From Nageia nagi (taxonomy: Eukaryota; Plantae; Pinophyta), in assembly GCA_050084985.1 (NCBI GenBank), contig JBITNC010000001.1, positions 81,902,001 through 81,966,000 on the forward strand: DNA of 64,000 nt. Direction: 5' to 3'. This document shows, in pieces, positions 53,601 to 64,000 of this stretch; the stretch's first letter is position 1; each line of letters opens with the position of its first letter. The position numbers and the translations under genes were made by a program. The notes beneath the pieces are model-generated. The model searched no databases, was not told where the DNA came from, and saw only the letters and a list, made by a program, of their open reading frames with translations.

Positions 53601-56588
53601 TTAAGGTGTATGAATGATTTCATATGTTGAAGGTATATTGAACAATATGCGATTAACTTCATATTATCCCAAGTTGACTATGGACATGGTAAATGTCTAA
53701 GTAATTATGATTAATATTTTTAGTATCATCTTTGTGAATTGGTTTTGATGATGATGTAAAACATAAATCTATAGAAATTATATAGTGTGTCTAATTGGTG
53801 TATTCTTACTTCCCATGACTCATATTAATTAGAATGAATAGGAGGTCAAGGTGGTGAGGGTAGCATAAAAACTATGGGATATTTAGATGGAATAATGATA
53901 TTAATATTAGGTTCGATTTATTGTTAGATTTTAGGTTCATTTAATAGCCTAGTAATAGGTTCTTTTTCAATTTATTATGGGTGAAAAGGTATGTTTGGAT
54001 CATCTTTTAGTTTACCAAAAGGCTTAGGAGGTGGATAAAATTGGTGAGAAGTATAAGATGAAAATGGGATTTATGGTAATATTGCAATGGGAAAAAAATG
54101 GGTAGATGGAAGAGATACCTCATTTTTTATGCAAATATTATTACAATGGGAAAAAGGATTAATGTCCATAGGTATATAATGGATTATTCCCTCATGAGTG
54201 TACTTCAAACATCCATGTAGTGTAGAGGCTACACATTGCATTTGATGAAACTAAGGGCATCCCAAAATCATATTATATTGTATAATATATCCTTCAATTA
54301 CATGTTGTAGAGTTTGAATTATCTTAACTCCCATGGTAATTGGTAAAATGATTGATCCTAAAGTTGAACATAAAGTATCATTAAATGCTCTTAACTACAT
54401 AACATGTGCTAAGATATGTGAATGTGATATGCATAATTTATTAAAAGCTACTAAAGAAATCATATTAATAGAAGATCCATTGTTGATTAAGACATTTTTG
54501 AATATTTTTACATTTATGTTGGAAATGATATGCAATGGGAGTTGAGACCTCCAGAACTTTTGATTTTCATGATCTCTCTATCATAAAATGCCAAAGTACG
54601 TTGATTACAAGTTTAGACATATTCGATGAATGAAGAAATACTTTTTGGATTGATTTCTAAGGTCAAGTTCTATAGACTATAGAATCTAATCCATGCTATA
54701 TCTATATGCTTTTGACTATTTTAATAAGTTGAATAAGGATATATTAGTAGGTGTTATCCTCAACTAATTGGTTAAGGATATCATCATTGAAGGTTGAGGT
54801 CTTTGAGGATAAGAAAACTATAGAGAATATAAATATTGAGTGAATCTAGGATTTTCTTGAATAAGAGGTCATCTTAGTACTTGTTGAGGTTGTTCATGTT
54901 GACTCCTTTGACTCCTAATTACAACATTAATCATTCCTACAAAGTCTTATTTTCCCCTACATGATGTATCAATTGATGTGGAGGGTTTGTGATGAATATG
55001 TTATTTTTTGAGTATTTTTTATATAATGTGTAACTAGATTTTGGTAAATTCGTAGGTTTTGGTTTGATACTATGATATGATTATTTACATCTAATTTGCC
55101 ACTATCAATTATATCATATACAACATTTTTGAGATAATGATACCTATTAGTATTGTGATCTCTTTGGTGATGAAAGTCACAAAATTTATTTTCATTAAAC
55201 CACTTTGCTTTCACTATATTAGAATTTTATAGCTTGATGTATGGAAATATGATTAGTTGTAAACTATGCAATCTTTTAAAAATATCAAGAAAGGTCCAAA
55301 TAAAGTGGTATATTATATTAAAGGTCATTTTTGTCTTTGATTCTCAAGTTTCTTTTCCTCTAAATTTATCGAATAAATAGTTTGTATTGAATTTTTCAGG
55401 TTGAGTAGAAACTTGATTAGTTATTTGAGATTTACTTTGATGATCACCTTGGTTATATTCCTATTTTTTGGTAATTATCTTTCTATTTGAGCTTGATTTT
55501 TCCACTTTAAATTTTTACTTTCTCAATTAGAATAACTTAAAATAATTTCCTTCTCAAATGTATTATGTTTTTGTATTTGGAGAGTGTTAACTATTAGACA
55601 CACAAAAATTTGATAAAATAATTTGACTAATTCTTATGAGGGTATAGTACAAGGCATATTGGTGAGAATAATTTCCATCTAGAAATGACATTTGAGATTG
55701 ATTCATCTTGAAATTGTTGAAGTTTAATAAGATTAGTAATCTAAGATTAATCTTTAATATTGATGCATAAATACTCCAGGAACATGTTTTCTAACTTGGA
55801 TTAAGAACATATAATATGTTTTGGAAAACTATTATACCAATCCATAACTTGTCCTACAAGCATCATGAGGAATGTGTGAAGCATTATAGCATCATAATTT
55901 AGGATTGGATAACTAGAATATGTAAAGCATCTCAAATGTGCCTTTGAATCCTATTTTATTTTAAAAGGTTCAATATTTGGAACCTCAAATAGAAAAGGAT
56001 GCTATTTTGTAGAAACATTTGAATGAATTAGCTTATTATAAATGGTCTCATATGATAAGTTTAGTTTTTCTTATAAGAAAAGTTTAGTCTCTAAAGCTTT
56101 TATTATTTTTAGAACTTAATTTGTTGAGTTATCACTTTTTTTCTCTTTTCATGTTCATGTTTACATTGGAAAGGAGAAATGAACAACCTTTGATAAGCTT
56201 CATTTTCATAATTTTATGGTGGCTTGTGAATACCATCTTCTTGGTCATCTCCCAATAGAGTATATAGGATCTCATAATGCTAAGGATGAGGATATATAGG
56301 TTCATTTGGAGCTTTATATGACCTTGGTGATAAAAAATTGGTACCATTGATATTCATGACATTTCAAATTATGAGGGGGAGGTAAATTGCATCCCATTTT
56401 TGGATAGGGCTCTTGTGTTTTCTATTGTTGATTTGAATCAGATCATGTATCAAGTTGTATTTGCAAGAGTAGTACTCATTCTAGATGTATTTATACTTAG
56501 AGATAGATTGAAGACCAAAATATAGAGTTATTTAGCATTCAATTTTAGGCCATTAATGGTATGAAAATTGTTGATTTTAGGCTATTAA

Positions 56589-59500
56589 TGATGTGTACTT
56601 TAATGAGTCAATAGGGGAAGTCGAAGGGACATCAACATGTTGGGAAGATGAGATGATTTAGTGTCTATAACTAATGTTTCCAAGGCATGTACAAGCTTAT
56701 TTAAGGGTGTACTACTCTTTGATTCCATAATGGGAGTTTTGATAGAGTTAGGATTTTGGAATTGTAAGATTTGAAGGAAGACCAAGAATCATTCTAGAAT
56801 TTTACAATTCTAAGATTGTATTTCCTTCTTACTATAGGAGGTTGTAGTAATTGTAAGAGATTGTATTACCATTTTGTTAATGATATTTCTCTATGCATGT
56901 AATATTGTAATGTTCATAGATAATGAGAAGAGAAGTCTCCATGCTAAATTAGCCCACATTGGGTGAACTAAGGTAAAATCATTATGTTAACCTTGTTATA
57001 TCTTTGACATTGCTAGTTTGTGAATTAAATTATGCAAATTTTTTAAATATATATGCAATTTGTATGATCTCATAATGGTGAATGTATTTTCATTCAAATC
57101 TATAAGTGAATATCCAAGTATACTATAAGTATCTAATGATTACATATCATGTGGTATTAGAGCTTGTGTACATCAAATTTAAGGATGAAATTTTGGGTAT
57201 TTCAGACTACCAATGGCATGTTTTTCAGTGTTTGGGAGGAGATATTAAAGACAAGAGTTAATTCCAAAGGATCATAAGATTGGTCAGAAGGGTAGATCAA
57301 CTGAAATGGATAATGTAGAGGAGCAATAGTCTACTATTCATACCATGATGGATGTCGATTTGGAAAGAAGATTTTTGGCAATGGAGAATCATTTGGCTTA
57401 TTTTGCTGAGTTGTTGGCTACTAGAGCAAATGAAAATATCAATCAAAGATATAATGATGTAGTTGGGAGACTTGATTCATCATCTTCATCAAAACGAGTT
57501 CCATTCAAGGTGGAGGCCAAAGTGGACATTCCTACTTTTAGAGGAGAGGTTGATGCGAAAAAGGTGAACAATTGGTTGAAATAATTTGAGGTTTATTTCC
57601 AAATTTATGGTGTTGTAAATGATGTTAATAAAATCTCTTTTGCTATATTAAAAATGAGTGGACATGATTTAGTTTAGTGGGAAAGCCATCTAAAAACTCT
57701 TAATAGTGAAAACTTATAAAAAATATCTTCTTAGAATGAATTTAAGGAGTTATTAAGATATCAATTCATACATTAGGACATCATAATAAACAATTGATGA
57801 AATGGAAATTCTTTAGACAATAAAGAGGGCAAAATGTTCAAGAATATACTAAAAAATTTAGGAAATAAGCTACTTTTCTTGGGGTTTCACTAAAAGATCC
57901 TCAAACTTTAATGAAGTACATTCAAGGTTTACATAGTCATTTGCAAAAGACTATCATGTTGTTTAATCCAACTAATCTTGATCAAGTGTATATGAAAGCA
58001 TAATACTTATAAGAGGATGGTAAAGTAAGGATACAATATGATGAATCCAAGAAGGCTTCTAATTCCAGGGAAGAACAAAAGAAAGGTAAATATTAAGATA
58101 AAGAAAAATGTAAGCAAGAAACTAAGACCACTAATATTTCAAAGAAAGAAGGTGATGGTAGACATTGTAGTCATTATGATAAATATGGTCATGTTAATGA
58201 TAAATGTTGGAAATTACATCTAGAATTACATCCATATAAGCATAATAATAAGGAGAAAACTAATTCTATGGTCCTTAGATGTGATGATATTGAGGGTAGT
58301 TCAAATGTTGATGAGAGAGTAAATTCTTCATCCATTTAAAGGTTGAAGAACCTCAAGACATTAAAGAGCAAAGGATTCAATTATTCCATCTCAATATCCA
58401 AATTAAGAAAATTAAGTAGATTGCATTCTTGATTTAGGTTCTCAAGCAAATTTAATTTCAGAGACTATGGTAAGTAATTTGGAATTGGAAACTTTCGACC
58501 ATCCAAATCCATATCCTTTGGGTTGGGTGCATCATAATGCTAGTTTGCAAGTCACTAAGCAATGTAGTGGAAATTTGGTATTTGTGCAAAGCACATTAAT
58601 GAAGTTATGTTTGGTGTTGTTCCTTTAAGCATTTGTGGTGTCATTATTAGTAACCATTACATATGGGATAGAGATGGTATTTATTACAAAAGATTGAATA
58701 AATTACAATTGGTTAAAGATGAAAAGATGTTTCTAGCTAGTGTACATAAAAGTAGAAAAAAGCTACCTTTGGTCACTTCCAGTATGGTAAAACATCTTAT
58801 GAATGCTCTAATTTATTTTTCTTAGATCATGGTAAAAATAGGAGCCTTGGGTGAGGTGAATCTCATGCTGTTAGTGATGTGCAATACAAATTTCATGTCA
58901 TTAGTGATGTGCAAAAGAGAGGAACAAATGAAGGATTTGGTTCAAGAATTTACTAACTTGTTTGCAAACCCATAAGGATTACCTCCTATGTAAGATATAC
59001 AACATGATATTCACTTATTACTTGATGCTTCATTACCTAATATAGCTTTTTATTGGTAATCAATTTTGGAGCAAGGGGAGATAAGGAGGCAAATTCAAGA
59101 GTTGGTTAATATCTCCATGTGGATCACCCATTATTTTGATTTTCAAGAAGGATCAAACTGAAGAATGTGCATTGACTGTAGAGCAATAAAAAAAATCACT
59201 ATCATAAATTGCTATCCTTTGCCTTAGATAGATGATATTTTGGATTAGTTATAAGGGGTAAGATTCTTCACAAAATTGGACTTAAGGAGTGGATATCACC
59301 AAGTTAAAATCAAGGAGGAGAACATTTGGAAGACTACTTTCAAGACAAGATAAGGCCTATTTGAATGGTTTGTTTTTCCATTTGGTTTGTACAATGTACC
59401 AACCAATTTTATTCTTGTTTATAGTTCTACTTGTGAAGAACATATTGTACATCTTAGAAAAGTATTTCAAAATTTGCATAAGGAGAAGTTATTATTGAAA

Positions 59501-59930
59501 CATACAAAATGTGAGTTTGGAAAAGAGTATTTGGTGTATTTGGACCATGTTATTGGTCATGTACAACTTAATATAAATCCTAACAAAGTAAATGCTACAG
59601 TAAATTGGTAAGGACCATCTAATCTAACTGAAGTAAGGAGTTTCTTAGGTGCTGTCCAATATTTTAGAAAGTTTATTATTGAGTTTTCTCATATTACTTC
59701 ACCTTTACATGATGTAATTAGAAAAAGGCAAGTTTTCCAATGGGAGAAACAACAAAAAACATCTTTTGATACTTTGAAGTGAAATATTATTAGTGCACCT
59801 ATGCTAGCACATCTTGATTTGTAGAATCCATTTGAAATGAGGACTGATGCAAATGACTATGCCATGGAAGCCATTTTGTTACAAGAAAGTAAAATAATTT
59901 GCTATCATTGTGAAAAGTTTAAAAGTAGTT
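56589..59930 (+). mobile_element. 3'-truncated Ty3/gypsy (CRM/chromovirus-like): 5' LTR 56589-57149, PBS, gag-PR-RT-RH
   Basis: LTR ends tgatgtgta..tacatatca. PBS tggtattagagc at 57152-57163. Gag PFKVEAKVDIPTFRGEVDAKKVNNWLK. PR DLGSQANLIS and HPNPYPLGWV. RT CYPLP*IDDI and [30 protein letters not shown]. Confidence 0.9.
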
Positions 59931-60119
59931 GGAAGATTAAGGGAACAATTGAGTTAACCATACTTCCATGTGATTTCTTACTTTTTGAGTTTAATATTAA
60001 TAAGATATGGAATGGGTTCTAGATAATGGACCTTGGTGGTTTAGGAAGAGTAGTCTACATTTGAAAAAAAATGCATGTAGGATTTAGACCTAAAAAGTAA
60101 TCCTTTACAGTGATACCAA

Positions 60120-61919
60120 TGTGTGTTAATTTAGCCCTTATAGCACTATACTTTTGGTTTGTTAAACCAATCAAAGGGATTACATGCATCCTTGATGAAT
60201 TTATATACCTAGATATGAATAACTGATCTAGTTCTTTGTTTAGTTTAGCAAGAATTTATGCACATATTGATGTAGCAAAATAGATTCAAACTTGAATTTG
60301 GTTACAAATTAAATAAAAGGGGTGAGAATGTTAGGAAATCTCATATAACTTGAAATTAATTACTTTTTAGTGTGTAAAATATTTGCTTATATAGATAAGG
60401 AATACCTACCTATACCTAAGGAACAATAATAATAACCATAAAGTGTGATGAGCCTAAATTGGGTTGAAGGGGATTTATCCTAAATCCCTCAAGTTTAGAC
60501 AAGCCAAACCACCAAATATGCCCTAGGAGAGGTGCATTGGTCTTCAAAGCTTTGTATATCACAAATCAAGCTCAAATAATGCAAGTAAAACCAACTTCTC
60601 ATAAAATTTTCAAATACCCAATGTAGGGATAAGGAAGCCATAATAAAAATAATCAAGATAAAATATAAATTCATTATCTAACATGTAAGCTAGCAATGCA
60701 AATACAAAATTACACACCCACAATTATGCTAAATATCCATGCAAGTAATTGGAAATAATTGATAAGTAAATAGCAAAATAATATAATTGTATTAGAATAT
60801 GGAATGAGATGAATCTCAATCACAATATAGTTACTAAGAAGATTGATGATCTATGGATAAATATCAGTAGTGTGATGAAGTGTATACCAAGGCTTTTTCC
60901 TTCAACAGTTGTAGTGAAATCTTAGATATCCACAAGTAATATTCTATTAATCCAAGGGCAATGCCAACATCCCTCAGATAGCTAGCTAACAACTTGGGTT
61001 ATGCCAACCCCTAAGTATGTGTCCACATAAGTCCTATACTATAGCTCACGATAGGTAACTCACTTTAAATAAGTGGAATTCTAAAATATCCAAGGTCCAA
61101 CCAAGAAGAGAAAGAAGTAATAATCATATCATATGTTTGGTCCTCTAGGATTCCTCCTTAAATAGGTGAGGTAGCTTATCTTCTAATCATGCATTGGGGT
61201 TGATCAAATGGTGTACAAGGGTGATATGTATGCTCCTTAGCTAACATATAAGATAAGATGCCTTGAGATAAGTATTAACACATCTAAGGACCAATAATGC
61301 CAACATTAGTTAAGTGGGAACTTTCATGTGCCTTAGTATCGACATGAACATAAACTAGCAAGCCTCCAAGGTAAGATGTGGATGTCTTGGGATGCCCAAA
61401 TGCTCAACATGTGGTCCAATCCTCTCCATAATCCCAATTTCCAAGTGTGGGTGCTTTTTAGTGCCTTGAAATTCCCAATATCTCTCTAAGTGTGCTACAT
61501 CCAAGCCAAGGTACCTTCTTGTGCCTTGTGATGGGTGAAATCATCTAAGTTCATTCTCTACCTTAAAAGGGGAGTAATAAATACAATAAATACCCATTAA
61601 TGCTAATTTATAATTCATCAAGGATTTAAATATGTAATGTCTCAAATTAGGTGACTAACATTGCATTTACAAATATTAAGTACCTTGGTATTTCAATTAC
61701 ATAATTATTAGTATTATTAAATATAAAATAATTTTGAACGAGCTAAAATTTATCGTAACATCTCATAATTAGAGTAATTAATTACTCTCCAAGTGGAACT
61801 TACAATAATTGGACTAAAAATCCACTAAATTACCAAAATTAAATAAAAATAATCCTAATATAATGTTCCCATTTATCATAGGTGAAATGGGGGAAAACTA
61901 TAAAAATGGGAATATTACA
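60120..61919. mobile_element. LTR-like non-coding sequence (possibly more than one LTR)
   Basis: PBS-like gtgatacca at 60110-60118 on the left. A typical LTR end, gggaatattaca, at 61919 cuts off the next gypsy. The left boundary is uncertain. Confidence 0.4.
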
Positions 61920-63300
61920 ATTAGGACCCTCCCAAATTGCTTATCCCCAAGCAATTGAGAATAACTTCAATTACAGCAAAGTCCTCATAATCCCTCACTT
62001 CATCCTCATAGTTGATTATAGAATTAATGAACTCTATCTTAATCCTCTTGATGGCTTCCTTCCTTTGAAAACCTGCTCCTTTCCTATCTTGTTCCTTAAT
62101 GCCACATAGCATGACTTATTGGAATTGAATTTTAAACTTCATATCCAAGGTTTTATAGTTGGAGATGATTTCTCCAAGTGTATACAACCATTGAAATCCA
62201 AGCACTATATGTGGTAGACCCCCTAGTGGTAGAATATAGAAGTTATTAGTGACCGCATAATCTTCAAATTTGATGTTAATATTCTTTACCTTCTTATGGA
62301 TTACTAAAGTGCTTTCATTACCAATGGACACCACAAATCTTGGAAAATCTTAAAGTCTTGAATTCTTTATCAATAAAGTTATGAGTAGCTCCTCTATTAA
62401 TTAGTACCACAAAGTTACTATTATCAACATATCCTTCTATCTCATTATTCATGAATTAGGATGGTCCCTTCAAGGTGACAATTACTCCTCCAATATCCTT
62501 AGTCATAATATCATGTTGGTAACTATCTAACTAATCATTCAAATCTTATTTTATCTCAAGGACTTCAAGATATAGATTTTTTACCTTTCTATTACATCAA
62601 TGTCCTTTCTCCTATGGATTTTGACAAGTGAAATAAAGTTTTTATTTCCTTAGTTCCTCATGAGTTGTAGAACCTATTTTGCTAATAGGTTTTGAGGGAG
62701 GTAGTGAAGGCTTTTCTTCTATGGGTCCCTTTCTTATCGTAGCTATTGGATCTCCTACCATTGTTGAATTTATCACCACTCCTTTTAGTTTATTAGATCC
62801 TTCAAGTAATATGGCCTTACAAATGATTTTTGCTAACATTGGAGGTTCCATGGCTTTGAGTGATGACCTTATTGGTCATTGTAATCCATCTATGAATATG
62901 TATGTGAGCCTCCCATCATCCATATTTGGGATAGCAACTATAATTTTTTAAAACTCTTCTATGAAATCCCCAACTATGTTGGTTTTCTTGAGCAATCAAA
63001 TCTACCTAATACTCTTTTGCTGTATTCTTCAAATGATTTGATATATCCATGACCTAAGGTAGTTAGATGTAATGCAACCACTTAAACCTCAAAAATTAGG
63101 ACTAATTTTTTATTTATTTATTTGACAATGATAATCTTTGAGAATAGACTATTACTTGTAAATCTTTTGTCCCACATGGACCATATGATGATGTTATCCA
63201 TACTTTATCTGGATATCACCTTCCTAAGGTAAGTACTAGGGCACATTTACCACATACGCCCACCTCACTTGCATGCGATATCCCATGATGATCTTACTCT
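61920..63300 (-). mobile_element. Decayed Ty3/gypsy gag-protease fragment
   Basis: Gag FIEEF*KIIVAIPNM..IFIDGLQ*PIRSSLKAMEPPML. Protease NRGATHNFID and FYILPLGGLPHIVLGFQWLYTLG. Confidence 0.85.
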
Positions 63301-64000
63301 AATTTGTTTTTGAGTAAGGCCTTTACCATCATGAGAATGTAAACTTAATCTTGATGTGTAGCTTAGGTCAAATTCCCTATCTTATATTTTTATGATTGCC
63401 TTTTTATTTATTTTTATTAGGTAGTGTTGGGATCCTTTCCCTTATCTAAACTTGGAATACTTTTTAAAATCATACAAACCATAGTTTAGGGTTGATGTAC
63501 ATCATTTGAACTCATCCCATTAATTTTATTTAATGGTAAGTCCCTCAATAAGTATATTGAACTCATGACTATTTCAAACCCTAACATTTGAGAGAGATCA
63601 AATTCTCATTATTAAATCTTTACAAAAAAAATCCATAAAATCATTAATGCATTCAAAAATAATATAATGGGATTAAACTTTTGCATTCCTATTAGTACAT
63701 AAAAATTTTAGCATATGAGAGACATAGGTTTAGCATGATGATCCATAAACCATCAATGTATACTAAGGTATATAGTAAGGAGAATTAGATTTTGTTTTAA
63801 CTTTAACATACTATGTACCATTGATCATTTAATCAGATAAGCTCTAATCATGTATGAACTTAATACTTTTCAAAATGAATTTAGATAATACAAAGATCAT
63901 AACCCTTAGAATATTGAATAGCTTTCCTTCTTGCTAACCACCTTATTTTATTATTACATCCAATATTACATAAAACAACAAATACATCATTTAAAGACTC

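Larger units (their letters stand above)
43530..56350 (-). mobile_element. Decayed Tat/Ogre-type Ty3/gypsy gag-pol, interrupted by two insertions
   Basis: Gag FCDFHHQRDHNTN..LKNVVYDIIDSGKL. Protease NVLINNGSSINM (~54480). RT YKVMPFGLKN and YVDDLL (~51050-51170). RH. Additional archaeal-type RNase H IYFDGSS..NNNVEYKSLI..LIINQ (44950-45270), diagnostic of Tat. INT GHKFIITTNEYFTKLVE and KFAPNWLGP. Confidence 0.92.

Overview
Eukaryotic, AT-rich, strongly CpG/CHG-depleted plant DNA. It is probably from a conifer or other gymnosperm, inferred from the style of the PPR motifs and the retroelement types. There is no intact host gene. The window is a stack of nested retroelements: a near-complete Ty1/copia (1017-6511), older copia relics, a non-autonomous gag-only copia (15141-19342), a full-length L1-like LINE with a 17-bp TSD, a large Tat-type Ty3/gypsy with an antisense plant-mobile-domain ORF, two other gypsy fragments, solo LTRs, and a 269-bp TRIM with 64-bp LTRs. 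Main observation: two unrelated LTRs are built from, or carry, degenerate PLS-class pentatricopeptide-repeat (PPR) coding sequence. Essentially the whole 604-bp LTR of the first copia reads as PPR motifs antisense to the element, and a 4.6-kb TSD-flanked solo LTR (45461-50080) contains about 1.2 kb of similar, CpG-retaining PPR relic. All translations, alignments and counts were done by eye.
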